A stretch of 64,000 nucleotides of DNA. Source: Paracoccaceae bacterium (GTDB lineage: Bacteria > Pseudomonadota > Alphaproteobacteria > Rhodobacterales > Rhodobacteraceae). Within the stretch, counting starts at the first letter, position 1; each line of letters starts with the position of its first letter. The stretch spans positions 5,896 to 69,895 of the forward strand of contig JABXIA010000057.1 of assembly GCA_013373325.1 (NCBI GenBank). Reading direction: 5' to 3'. Below the pieces are notes generated by a model. That model was not told the origin of the DNA. It was given only the letters and a program-made list of their open reading frames with translations, and did no database searches. Shown in pieces: positions 35,069 to 45,667 of the stretch. The position numbers and the translations under genes were made by a program.

Positions 35069-36436
35069 TCAGCCCCGAATGGCGCTGCCAACGACGGTCT
35101 GGCCGGACTTCAGTCCGATCGGCAGGCTGTCGATATAGGCGTTGGGCGTTTTGCCATCGAAGGGAATGGCGTCGATGACGTCTTCCGCCGGGGTCGGGGC
35201 CTTGTAGCCGTCACTGTCCCATGGGAAATCCCCGGGGCTGGCAAGCCCCTCATCCACCAGCATTTTCGCGGCTTCCAGATAGATCTCCGGCTTGTAGACA
35301 GAGCGGGCAACCTCGTCATACCAGTTGTCCGGCTTGGGCTCGGCAATCTGCCCCCAGCGGCGCATCTGGGTCAGGTACCAGACCGCGTCCGAGTAGAACG
35401 GATAGGTCGCATTGTAGCGGAAGAACACGTTGAAATCCGGGACATCGCGTGTGTCGCCCTTCTCGTATTCGAAGGTGCCGGTCATCGAATTGGCGATCAC
35501 CTCGTAATCGGCGCCGACATATTCAGGCCGCGACAGGATCTCCACCGCCTCGGGGCGGTTGGCGTTTTCGTTTTCATCCAGCCACTGCGCCGCACGGATC
35601 AGCGCCTTGACCACCGCCAGCGTGGTGTTCGGGTTTTCCTCGGCAAATTCCGCCGTGATGCCGAACACCTTTTCCGGGTTGTTCTTCCACAGCTCATAGT
35701 CGGTGATCACCGGCACGCCGATGCCCTTGAACACCGCCTGCTGGTTCCACGGCTCCCCCACGCAGTAGCCGGAGATCGTGCCGGCCTCCAGCGTCGCGGG
35801 CATCTGCGGCGGCGGTGTCACCGACAGGAACGCTTCGGCGCCGATCTGGCCGGTCACGTTCTCCGGCGAATAGTAGCCGGGATTGATGCCGCCCGCCGCC
35901 AGCCAGTAGCGCAGCTCATAATTATGGGTGGAGACCGGGAACACCATGCCCATGTTGAACGGCTTGCCCCTGGCGTTGAACGCCTCGATCACCGGCTTCA
36001 GGTAGGAGGCGGAGATCGGACGTGCGATCCGGCCGTCCGCGTCCCTGGGCAGGTTCGGCTTCATCATCTCCCACACATCATTGGACAGCGTGATGCCGTT
36101 GCCGTTCAGGTCCATCGAAAACGGCGTGACGATATGCGCCTCGGTGCCGTAGCCGATGGTCGCGGCCAGCGGCTGGCCTGCCAGCATATGGGCACCGTCC
36201 AGCGTGCCGTCGATCACCCCATCCAGCAGAACCTTCCAGTTCGCCTGCGCTTCCAGCGTGACAAACAGCCCTTCGTCATCGAAAAAGCCCTGTTCATAAG
36301 CCACCGCCAGCGGCGCCATATCCGTCAGCTTGATAAAGCCGAAGGTCAGCACATCCTTTTCCAGCTCCAGGGTGGCCGCCAGGGCCGGCCCGGTCAGTGC
36401 GGTTGAGGCCGCAAGCGCCATGATCAGTGTCTTCAT
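35069..36436 (-). CDS. nrtA: nitrate/nitrite ABC transporter solute-binding protein
   Basis: The signal peptide [20 protein letters not shown] precedes an NrtA/NMT1-type start ([23 protein letters not shown]). Confidence 0.9.
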   Translation of the reverse strand: MKTLIMALAASTALTGPALAATLELEKDVLTFGFIKLTDMAPLAVAYEQGFFDDEGLFVTLEAQANWKVLLDGVIDGTLDGAHMLAGQPLAATIGYGTEAHIVTPFSMDLNGNGITLSNDVWEMMKPNLPRDADGRIARPISASYLKPVIEAFNARGKPFNMGMVFPVSTHNYELRYWLAAGGINPGYYSPENVTGQIGAEAFLSVTPPPQMPATLEAGTISGYCVGEPWNQQAVFKGIGVPVITDYELWKNNPEKVFGITAEFAEENPNTTLAVVKALIRAAQWLDENENANRPEAVEILSRPEYVGADYEVIANSMTGTFEYEKGDTRDVPDFNVFFRYNATYPFYSDAVWYLTQMRRWGQIAEPKPDNWYDEVARSVYKPEIYLEAAKMLVDEGLASPGDFPWDSDGYKAPTPAEDVIDAIPFDGKTPNAYIDSLPIGLKSGQTVVGSAIRG

Positions 36437-36482
36437 CGGGTTGGTTCCTTATCCTAGCTGTGTCCGGCGGCAGGTGCCGGAA

Positions 36483-36539
36483 CAGAAAAAGCCGCTGACA
36501 CGCACCGCCGGGAGGAGTGGCGGTGGGTCGAGCGGCTTT
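36483..36539 (-). terminator. intrinsic terminator inside the nrtA leader (candidate NasT-controlled attenuator)
   Basis: The minus-strand RNA reads AAAGCCGCUcgacCCACCGCCacuccucccGGCGGUGcgugucAGCGGCUUUUUCUGUU. The stem is nested and GC-rich with a U-run, and it ends about 46 nt before the nrtA ATG. Confidence 0.6.
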
Positions 36540-36570
36540 GCTCAGTGAACCCCGGTCTTCGGGAAAATTC

Positions 36571-36597
36571 TCAGTCAGGCTCCGTTGCCTGTCTGAC
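36571..36597 (-). promoter_or_regulatory. ANTAR-target-like hairpin with hexaloop AACGGA
   Basis: The minus-strand RNA UCAGaCAGGC-AACGGA-GCCUGaCUGA has a 9-bp stem with one A/A mismatch. The loop has A at position 1 and G at position 4, as in described ANTAR targets. It lies about 30 nt 5' of the leader terminator. Confidence 0.4.
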
Positions 36598-36918
36598 CTC
36601 AGACTGCCGGAAGACCCGGGGTGCGCCAAAGGGTATTTTGCGCGCGCAGCATAAAATTCTGCATTGCAGCGTACCGATGCGGATGGCTGCCTGCTTTTTC
36701 ATCAATCTGCAGCCCTGGGATCAAAAACACGGCCCTCCCAAAACCAGATCTGCAGCAGGCCTGCCGCTTCCGATTCTCCCGCTGCCAATATCCACACGCT
36801 GTTTGAGCCTTCCGGTTACGAAGAACCGGCCAGCAAATCCGCGCGCCTCCCGCCAAAGACGGCCCGGTAAAGATCGCATCGGTCAGCGGGACACAGCCGG
36901 CGGGGATCCGCGTCAGGC

Positions 36919-37503
36919 TCATGCCAGCAGCCCCGCCGCCGTGACCAGCGCCTGCGCCACTTCGGCAACCCGCTTGTTCCGGTCCATCGCAGCCTTGCGC
37001 AGCAGCGCATAGGCTTCGTCCTCGCCGATGCCGCGGGCCTTCATCACCATCCCCTTGGCGCGGTCGATCACCTTGCGCTCTTGCAGCGCGCGCTTGGCCT
37101 CCGCCAGCTCCGTCCGCATCCGCTGAAACAGCCGGAACCGGGCAATGGCCGCCTCCAGAACCGGCTTCAGCCGGGCCGGATGCAACCCGTCAACCACATA
37201 GGCCGAAACCCCCGCCTCCACCGCGGCGGCAGACAGCCCGTCCTCGCTGCGGCCGGCGAAAATGGCCACCGGCCGGTCCTTGGGCCCGGAAGCCAGCGTC
37301 AGCTCCTCCAGCACATCGCGGGAGGGATTGGCGATACCGATCAGCACCACATCCGGGTCGCGCATCTGTATCTGGCGCGCAAGCCCCAATGGTTCCGGGA
37401 TCACCTGGACGTCAAAATCCCCGGCGTCCCGCAGCCCCTCCACAATCATGAGGGCGCGGTCACGGTCGGTTTCGACAACGGCAATGGACAGGGCATCCGG
37501 CAT
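36919..37503 (-). CDS. nasT: ANTAR-domain antiterminator response regulator
   Basis: A receiver-like N-terminus (IAVVETDRDRALMIVEGL...) is followed by a C-terminal ANTAR segment (ERKVIDRAKGMVMKARGIGEDEAYALLRKAAMDRNKRVAEVAQAL). Confidence 0.9.
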   Translation of the reverse strand: MPDALSIAVVETDRDRALMIVEGLRDAGDFDVQVIPEPLGLARQIQMRDPDVVLIGIANPSRDVLEELTLASGPKDRPVAIFAGRSEDGLSAAAVEAGVSAYVVDGLHPARLKPVLEAAIARFRLFQRMRTELAEAKRALQERKVIDRAKGMVMKARGIGEDEAYALLRKAAMDRNKRVAEVAQALVTAAGLLA

Positions 37504-37547
37504 GCGCTGAACCCTGCAGAGCGCAGCGGGCGGCTGTAAAGGACACG

Positions 37548-37563
37548 GGCACGGCGCAAGCCA
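37548..37563 (-). promoter_or_regulatory. possible sigma54 (-24/-12) promoter for nasT
   Basis: The minus strand reads TGGCTTGCGCCGTGCC, which has GG-N10-GC spacing (consensus TGGCAC-N5-TTGC). It lies about 45-60 nt upstream of the nasT ATG. Confidence 0.3.
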
Positions 37564-37808
37564 GGATACCCTGCGGGTGCCGGATTTTCAGGCAGTCTGC
37601 CCGGACATCCGGCACCGCAAAGACACGCCCCGGCGGTGATCCTTGTGCGCTCCGCCGCCGCGGCTGCGCCTTAGACTGTTGCCGCAGCAGCAGGAAGCGG
37701 CTAAGCAGGCAGCGGCGCAGTTGGAGTTGCGAGGCGAGCGTGAAATCTGTTTCTGGATGCCCCGGTTCCGCCGCCGCTACCCTGGTCAGGAAGCGGTCCT
37801 TGTCCTTC

Positions 37809-38384
37809 ATGCTTCTGCGGGTGATCCGCGGCCATCAAAGCGACGATGACATTTCCCTTGGCGCCTTTCTGGAACAGCTTGGCGACCGGTCCTTCGGCTG
37901 GGCCATCCTGCTGTCCTGCCTGATCAACCTGCTGCCGCTGCCGCCGGGGGCAACCCTTGTCACCGCCCTGCCGCTGCTGTTCTTCTGCGCCCAGATGGGG
38001 CTCGGCTTTGCCAATGTCCGGCTGCCGCGCAGGATCGCCCGGATCCGGATTTCCGGCGCGGCCATGCGCCGGATCGTGCTGCGCCTGCGCCCGGTGTCGC
38101 GGCGGCTGGAGCGGATCGCCCGGCCGCGCCTTGGGGCAATGTTCCAGCCGCGTCGGGAACAGCTGACCGGCGGCCTGCTGTTCCTGGTCTCGCTGGCGCT
38201 GTTCATTCCCCTGCCTCTCAGCGGCTGGTTTCCGGCCATCGCCCTGTTCATCACCAGCATCGGGCTGGTGGAGCGGGACGGGGTGATCGTGCTGGCAGGC
38301 GCCTGCGCCGGGCTGCTGTCGATTGCCCTGACGGTGTTCGTGGCCGCCTCGCTCCTGATCGGGGCCAACAGCCTGATGCACTGA
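37809..38384 (+). CDS. exoD: ExoD-family membrane protein (exopolysaccharide synthesis)
   Basis: LGAFLEQLGDRSFGWAILLSCLINLLPLPPGATLVTALPLLFFCAQM is typical of ExoD. A GTG at 37740 is an alternative start. Confidence 0.7.
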   Translation: MLLRVIRGHQSDDDISLGAFLEQLGDRSFGWAILLSCLINLLPLPPGATLVTALPLLFFCAQMGLGFANVRLPRRIARIRISGAAMRRIVLRLRPVSRRLERIARPRLGAMFQPRREQLTGGLLFLVSLALFIPLPLSGWFPAIALFITSIGLVERDGVIVLAGACAGLLSIALTVFVAASLLIGANSLMH

Positions 38385-38625
38385 GGCAGGCACGCAGCAC
38401 CTGCAGCAGACTGTTCTCCACTTGGCGGTTGTTCCCCGCGCACCGGGCGCCTATATTGCAGCCACCGGAAATGGAGATTTTATGTCCTGGTAAGGATGGG
38501 AGGCAGCAGGCCTCCCGGTGCACAGCAGCCGATTGAACCGTCCGCCTCCCGCCGGAGAGCGGCCATACTTCTGTGCACGTGCTTTTTCCTTACCCATGCG
38601 CCCGGGCCCACCCCGCGGCAACGAC

Positions 38626-39717
38626 ATGAAAGACACCCCAATGACACGGGACTATTCCCAGTTCTTTTCCAGCCCGCTGGACACGCAAAAACCTTCCCTC
38701 TCCCCGCTTCAGGCCCTGGGCTGGCAGCCGCATTTCGCGCAGCAGGTCAGCACCGAAGAGATGGCCGCCACCCCGCCCGTCCGCATCACCGCGGTGCACC
38801 GCAGCGCGCTGCACGCCGCCGGCGGCGGGTTTGAAACCACCCTGCCGCCGCGTCCGGATGCAACCGTCGGCGACTGGCTGATGCTGGACCGCTCACTGCC
38901 GCAGAACAGCCGGCTGCTGGACCGCGCCAGCCTGATCCGGCGGCGGGCGCCCGGCACCGGACGGCAGGACCAGCTGATCGCGGCCAACATCGACACCGGT
39001 TTTGTCGTCACCTCCTGCAACCAGGATTTCAACACCGCCCGGCTGGAACGCTACCTGGCCCTGATGCTTGAGGCGCAGATCACCCCGGTGATCGTTCTGA
39101 CCAAGGCGGACCTGACGGATGATCCGCAGGCCTATGTTCAGGCCGCCCGCGCCATCTCGGACAGGGCTGAGGTTGTGGCGCTGGACGCCCGCAGCAGCGG
39201 CGTGCAGACCGCGCTGGCGCCCTGGTGCAAACCCGGGCGGACGGTGGCCTTCCTCGGCTCCTCCGGGGTTGGCAAATCGACGCTGGCCAATGCGCTGCTC
39301 GGCACAAGCGCCATCGCCACGCAAGGGATCCGCGAGGACGACGCCAAGGGCCGCCACACCACCACGCACCGCGAATTGCACGCGGCACCGAACGGCTGCC
39401 TGATCCTCGACACCCCCGGCATGCGGGAATTGCAGCTGACCGGGGCGGCGGACGGCATCAGCAGCCTGTTTGCAAACATCACAGACCGCGCCGCGGGCTG
39501 CCGCTTCAGCAACTGCCGCCACGACAGCGAACCGGGCTGCGCCGTCCTTCAGGCCGTCGAACAGGGCGAGATCGAACAGGCCCAGCTGGACCGCTGGCGC
39601 AAGCTGATGGCCGAGGACGCCTTCAACTCCGCCAGCCTCGCGGAGCGCCGCGCCCGCGGCAAGGCCTTTGGCAAGATGGTCCGCGGCGCCAAGAAAATCA
39701 AAGAAAGGCGGAGGTGA
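38626..39717 (+). CDS. rsgA: ribosome small-subunit-dependent GTPase A (circularly permuted GTPase)
   Basis: The permuted motif order is VLTKAD (G4), then GSSGVGKSTLANALLG (G1), then LDTPGMRE (G3). A C-terminal zinc knuckle (CRFSNCRHDSEPGCAV) follows. The start was trimmed to the ATG at 38626. Confidence 0.9.
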   Translation: MKDTPMTRDYSQFFSSPLDTQKPSLSPLQALGWQPHFAQQVSTEEMAATPPVRITAVHRSALHAAGGGFETTLPPRPDATVGDWLMLDRSLPQNSRLLDRASLIRRRAPGTGRQDQLIAANIDTGFVVTSCNQDFNTARLERYLALMLEAQITPVIVLTKADLTDDPQAYVQAARAISDRAEVVALDARSSGVQTALAPWCKPGRTVAFLGSSGVGKSTLANALLGTSAIATQGIREDDAKGRHTTTHRELHAAPNGCLILDTPGMRELQLTGAADGISSLFANITDRAAGCRFSNCRHDSEPGCAVLQAVEQGEIEQAQLDRWRKLMAEDAFNSASLAERRARGKAFGKMVRGAKKIKERRR

Positions 39718-39721
39718 CGTG

Positions 39722-40525
39722 ATGCAGGCTTCGAAAACCGGCCAGATTGTCTGGCATGACCTGTTCACCCCGGACCGGACCCGCGCGATGGACTTCTACC
39801 GGCAGGCCGCAGGCTGGAACTACCAGACCGAACAGGCCGCCGATTTCGCCTGGGGCGGCGGTGAAAAGGCGTTTGTCCTGGCACTGCTGGACGGCGAGGC
39901 GGGGGCGGGGTTCGCGGAAACCCCGCCCGGCCTGCCGGACGGCTGGATCCCCTATGCCGAAGTTGCCGATGTCGACGCTGCCGCGGCGCAGGCCGAACAT
40001 CGGGGCGGAGACATTCTCCGCCCCCCGTTCGAGGTGCCCGGCGTCGGGCGCAACGCGCTGCTGCGCGATCCCTTGGGGGCGCTGCTTGGCATTTCGCTCT
40101 CACGCCACAGCTTCCCTGCCCCGGCGCGGCAATTCGGCCCTGAGATCTACCTGTCAAACGGCGCGGGCTTCCCCGCGGAGTTCTATGCCGCGGTCTGCGG
40201 CTGGCAGCTGCAGGCCGCACAGCCACAGGCGAAGGCGAAGGCGCAGGCAGCAGTGCCCATCCGCGGGCCGTCGAACAGACTTGCCGGCTGGCACCTGACG
40301 CACGTCTTGCCGCCGCTTCCCCGTCCTGCCTGGGTGCCGAAAATCAAAACCGCCTCTGCCGCCGCCGCGCGTCTGGCCGCCGAAGCACTGGGAGCCCGGT
40401 TTGCAGGCGAAGCCGTATTGCCCGGCACGCAGTCCCCCTGCTTGCTGCTGCAGACGCCCGGCGGTGCACTGGTCATATTCAGCACCGCCCCGGCCCTGGA
40501 CGGCCCGCTCAGCACCTCCCGCTGA
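39722..40525 (+). CDS. VOC (glyoxalase/bleomycin-resistance fold) family protein, two modules
   Basis: GQIVWHDLFTPDRTRAMDFYRQAAGWNY is a typical VOC N-terminus. The start at 39722 follows a GGAGGTGA RBS. Confidence 0.7.
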   Translation: MQASKTGQIVWHDLFTPDRTRAMDFYRQAAGWNYQTEQAADFAWGGGEKAFVLALLDGEAGAGFAETPPGLPDGWIPYAEVADVDAAAAQAEHRGGDILRPPFEVPGVGRNALLRDPLGALLGISLSRHSFPAPARQFGPEIYLSNGAGFPAEFYAAVCGWQLQAAQPQAKAKAQAAVPIRGPSNRLAGWHLTHVLPPLPRPAWVPKIKTASAAAARLAAEALGARFAGEAVLPGTQSPCLLLQTPGGALVIFSTAPALDGPLSTSR

Positions 40526-40529
40526 CCCA

Positions 40530-40557
40530 AGCGTCAGGACCCTGGGGTCCTGACGCT
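40530..40557. terminator. 12-bp perfect hairpin between convergent VOC and lpd genes
   Basis: AGCGTCAGGACC-ctgg-GGTCCTGACGCT overlaps the lpd stop codon. There is no clear U-tract. Confidence 0.5.
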
Positions 40558-41914
40558 AGATATGCAGCGCCTGCCCCAGTGCTCTGAGGCAGGCCTCCTG
40601 CAGGGCTTCCGACTGGGTCGGATGGGCGTGGATGGTCGCGGCGATGTCTTCCAGGCAGGCGCCCATTTCGATGGCCAGCGAAAAGGCGGCAGAGAGTTCC
40701 GGCACCCCTGCCCCAACCGCCTGCAGCCCCATCACCGCATGGTCGCTTTCACGCCAGACAACCCGGAGGAAGCCATCCTCGCGTTCCGCGGTCAGCGCGC
40801 GCCCATTAGCCTGCAGCGGGAAAACCGTGGCGGCGGTGCCCTCGACCTCGCCCGGCAGGGCGCCGCAGGCCACCACCTCCGGATCGGTGAAACAGACCGC
40901 CGGAATGGCCCGCTTGTCCCACTGGACCGCATGGCCCGCGATATGCTCCGCGACCATTTCGCCCTGCGCCATGGCGCGGTGGGCCAGCATCGGCTCGCCG
41001 GTCACATCCCCGATGGCATAGATGCCGCGCATCGACGACTGGCAATGGCTGTCGGTTTTGACAAACGGCCCGTCCTGGGTCAGCGCCAGCTCCTCGATGC
41101 CGATCCCTGCGGTGCGGGGCCGCCGCCCGACGGTCACCAGCACCTTCTCCGCCGCCACGTCGCCCTGACTGGTCTGCAGCCTGCCGTTCTCATAGCCCCG
41201 CGCCCTTGTGCCGGTCTTCACCGCCACCCCCAGCACCTCCAGCCGTGCCGCAACCGGGCGGGTCAGCTCCGCATCATAAAGCGGCAGAATGCGCTCCTCC
41301 GCCTCGACCACCGTGACCGTGGCGCCCAGCTTGGCAAAGGCGGTGCCCAGCTCCAGCCCGATATAGCCGCCGCCGACCACCGCCAGGCTCTCCGGCACCT
41401 GCGTCAGCTCCATCGCTCCGGTCGAGGACAGGATGGGGCCGCCGAACGGCAGATCCGGCAGCTCCACCGGGGCAGAGCCGGAGGCGATCACGATATGCTG
41501 CGCATGGATCACCTGGCCGTCGCCATTGCCGTTCACTGAAACCGTCTTGCCATCCAGAAACCGGGCGCGGCCCTGCACGAACCGCACGCCCGCCTTCTTC
41601 ATCAGCGCCGTGACACCGCTGTTCAGCCGCTGCACGATGCCATCCTTCCAGGCCACTGTTTTGGCCAGATCAATCGCAGGCGCGCCGCAGCTGATCCCCA
41701 GCAGGCCCTGCGGCGCGCTTGCGATCCGGTGAAATTCCTCCGCCGCATGGATCAGCGCCTTCGACGGGATGCAGCCCACATTGAGGCAGGTGCCGCCCGC
41801 CCTGCCCTCGTCCACCACGATGGTGTCGATGCCCAGCTGGCCCGCGCGGATAGCACAGACATAGCCGCCGGGGCCCGCACCGATGATCAGCAGTTTGCAC
41901 TTCAGATCAGACAT
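40556..41914 (-). CDS. lpd: dihydrolipoyl dehydrogenase (E3)
   Basis: The sequence contains IIGAGPGGYVCAIRAGQLG and the redox-active GTCLNVGCIPSK motif. Confidence 0.92.
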   Translation of the reverse strand: MSDLKCKLLIIGAGPGGYVCAIRAGQLGIDTIVVDEGRAGGTCLNVGCIPSKALIHAAEEFHRIASAPQGLLGISCGAPAIDLAKTVAWKDGIVQRLNSGVTALMKKAGVRFVQGRARFLDGKTVSVNGNGDGQVIHAQHIVIASGSAPVELPDLPFGGPILSSTGAMELTQVPESLAVVGGGYIGLELGTAFAKLGATVTVVEAEERILPLYDAELTRPVAARLEVLGVAVKTGTRARGYENGRLQTSQGDVAAEKVLVTVGRRPRTAGIGIEELALTQDGPFVKTDSHCQSSMRGIYAIGDVTGEPMLAHRAMAQGEMVAEHIAGHAVQWDKRAIPAVCFTDPEVVACGALPGEVEGTAATVFPLQANGRALTAEREDGFLRVVWRESDHAVMGLQAVGAGVPELSAAFSLAIEMGACLEDIAATIHAHPTQSEALQEACLRALGQALHI

Positions 41915-43162
41915 TCAGCCCTCGACAAACAGCATCGCTGGGGTTTCCAGCAGGGATTTCAGTTTCTGCACAAAGACCGCGGCGTCCCAGCCGTCGACCA
42001 CACGGTGATCAAAGGAGCAGGACAGGTTCATCATCTTGCGCGGCCGGAACTGCTGACCGTCCCAGACCGGGCGGATCTGCATCTTGTTGACGCCGACGAT
42101 GGCCACCTCCGGGTAATTCACGATCGGGGTTGTGGCGATGGCGCCCAAGGGCCCCAGCGAGGTGATGGTGATGGTGCCGCCGCTCAGCTCCTCCCGCTTA
42201 ATCGAGCCGTCGCGGGCGGCCTCCGCCAGCCGCTGGATTTCCGCCGCATTGTCCCACAGGCTGCCCGCCTCGGCGTGGTGCACCACCGGCACCGTCAGCC
42301 CCTGCTCTGTTTGGGTGGCGATGCCCGCGTGCACGCCGCCGTGGCGGTGGATCACGCCTTCCTCGTCGTCGAACCGGGCGTTCAGCCCGGGCTGCTCGCG
42401 CACCGCTTCGACTATGGCGCGCAGCAGGAAGGGCAGCAGGGTCAGCTTGGGGCGGCTGCCCTCGTGCTTCTTGTTCAGCGCCGCCCGCAGATCCTCCAGC
42501 GCCCCCATCTCCACCTCCTCGACGATGGTGATATGCGGGATCTGCCGTTTCGCCTGCGCCATCTTCTCGGCGATCTTGCGGCGCATGCCGACCACCCGGA
42601 TCTCCTCGACCCCGGTGTTGCGGCCGCGGGTCACGCCGCCCTGCTTGATGCCGCCCGAGGCAATCCAGTTGTCCAGGTCCTCATGGCTGATGCGCCCCGC
42701 AGGGCCGCTGCCCGGCACCTGCCGCAGGTTCACCCCCTCGGCCCGTGCCCGCGCCCGCACCGAGGGCGCAGCCAGCGGCTTGGCGCCCTCCAGCGGCGGC
42801 ATCCGGCGCACCGGCTTCTTTGCCGCAGGCTCCGGTACCGGCTCTGGCTGTGTCCCCGGCGCTGTCTCAGCAGCCTGCTCAGCTTCTGCCTCCGGTGCGG
42901 AGGCGGCGGCATTACCCGCGCCCTCAACCTCCAGCCGCACCAGAACCCCGCCCACCGGGATCATCGCGCCGATGTCACCGCCCAGCTCCAGCACCGTGCC
43001 GTCGGCCGAAGACGGCACCTCCACCGCGGCCTTGTCGGTCATCACCGCGGCCAGGATGTCATCCTCGCGCACCACGTCGCCCGGTTTCACATGCCACTCG
43101 ATCAGCTCTGCCTCGGCAACGCCCTCGCCCACATCGGGCAGCCGGATTTCAAAAACGCCCAT
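41915..43162 (-). CDS. bkdB: branched-chain 2-oxoacid dehydrogenase E2 (lipoamide acyltransferase)
   Basis: The lipoyl-Lys motif VMTDKAAVEVPS, a PA-rich linker and the catalytic SFDHRVVDG are present. Confidence 0.92.
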   Translation of the reverse strand: MGVFEIRLPDVGEGVAEAELIEWHVKPGDVVREDDILAAVMTDKAAVEVPSSADGTVLELGGDIGAMIPVGGVLVRLEVEGAGNAAASAPEAEAEQAAETAPGTQPEPVPEPAAKKPVRRMPPLEGAKPLAAPSVRARARAEGVNLRQVPGSGPAGRISHEDLDNWIASGGIKQGGVTRGRNTGVEEIRVVGMRRKIAEKMAQAKRQIPHITIVEEVEMGALEDLRAALNKKHEGSRPKLTLLPFLLRAIVEAVREQPGLNARFDDEEGVIHRHGGVHAGIATQTEQGLTVPVVHHAEAGSLWDNAAEIQRLAEAARDGSIKREELSGGTITITSLGPLGAIATTPIVNYPEVAIVGVNKMQIRPVWDGQQFRPRKMMNLSCSFDHRVVDGWDAAVFVQKLKSLLETPAMLFVEG

Positions 43163-43165
43163 GGA

Positions 43166-44179
43166 TCAGTCCTCCATGACTTTCTTCAGCGCCTCGCCCA
43201 CCCGGCCAGGCCCCGGAAAATACTCCCACTCCTGCGCATGCGGATAGGGCGTGTCCCAGCCCGTCACCCGGATCACCGGCGCCTCCAGGTGGTAGAAGCA
43301 ATGCTCCTGCACCAGCGCCATCAGCTCTGCCCCGAAACCGGAGGTGCGGGTCGCCTCATGCACGATCACGCAGCGCCCGGTCTTCTGCACCGAGGCCACA
43401 ATCGCCTCCAGATCCAGCGGCATCAGGCTGCGCAGGTCGATCACCTCGGCGTCCACGCCGGTCTCCTCCGCCGCGGCTTCGGCCACAAACACCATCGTGC
43501 CATAGGCCAGCACCGTCACCTCCGCCCCTTCGCGGCGGATCGCCGCCTTGCCCAGCGGCACAATCCCGTCCCCGTCCGGCACCTCACCCAGCGGATGGGA
43601 CTTCCAGCTTTCCACCGGTTTGTCGTGATGGCCGTCAAATGGCCCGTTATAGAGCCGCTTGGGTTCGAAAAAGATCACCGGATCCGGGTCCGAGATGGCC
43701 GCCAGCAGCAGCCCCTTGGCGTCGCGCGGATTGGAGGGCATCACCACCTTCAGCCCCGACACATGGGTAAACAGCGCCTCCGGGCTCTGGCTGTGGGTCT
43801 GGCCGCCGAAAATGCCGCCGCCGGTGGGCATCCGGATCACCAGCGGGCAGGTGAAATCCGCGTTCGAGCGGTGCCGCAGCCGCGCGGCCTCCGAGACGAT
43901 CTGGTCATAAGCCGGATAGACGTAGTCCGCGAACTGGATCTCGATCACCGGCTTCAGCCCATAGGCCGCCATGCCGATGGCGGTGCCGACAATGCCGGAT
44001 TCATTGATCGGCGCGTCAAAGCAGCGGGATTTGCCGTATTTCTCCTGCAGCCCCGCGGTGCAGCGGAAGACACCACCGAAAAATCCCACGTCCTCGCCGA
44101 AAACCACCACCCTTTCGTCCGCCGCCATCGCCACGTCATGAGCCTCGCGGATGGCTTCGATCATCGTCATCCGCGCCAT
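43166..44179 (-). CDS. bkdA2: branched-chain 2-oxoacid dehydrogenase E1 beta
   Basis: 337-aa protein beginning MARMTMIEAIREA...VVFGEDVGFFGGVFRCT, which is typical of E1 beta. Confidence 0.92.
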   Translation of the reverse strand: MARMTMIEAIREAHDVAMAADERVVVFGEDVGFFGGVFRCTAGLQEKYGKSRCFDAPINESGIVGTAIGMAAYGLKPVIEIQFADYVYPAYDQIVSEAARLRHRSNADFTCPLVIRMPTGGGIFGGQTHSQSPEALFTHVSGLKVVMPSNPRDAKGLLLAAISDPDPVIFFEPKRLYNGPFDGHHDKPVESWKSHPLGEVPDGDGIVPLGKAAIRREGAEVTVLAYGTMVFVAEAAAEETGVDAEVIDLRSLMPLDLEAIVASVQKTGRCVIVHEATRTSGFGAELMALVQEHCFYHLEAPVIRVTGWDTPYPHAQEWEYFPGPGRVGEALKKVMED

Positions 44180-44180
44180 C

Positions 44181-45629
<1,449 letters not shown>

Positions 45630-45667
45630 TTAACGCAACTTTTCGGTCCGGGGGTGCCGCCGGCCGG

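Noticed and set aside
32081-36406. Very long plus-strand ORF (1441 aa)
   Set aside because: It runs antisense to nirB, nrtCD, nrtB and nrtA, all of which have clear family motifs. Its translation is Arg/Gly/His/Gln/Pro-rich low-complexity sequence, typical of the stop-poor antisense frame in high-GC DNA.
36551-36563. Second ANTAR-type hairpin CCCG-AAGAC-CGGG between the first hairpin and the leader terminator
   Set aside because: It has only a 4-bp stem and a 5-nt loop without the A1/G4 hexaloop signature. It also does not overlap the terminator arm as the canonical model requires. It is recorded only as a possibility.
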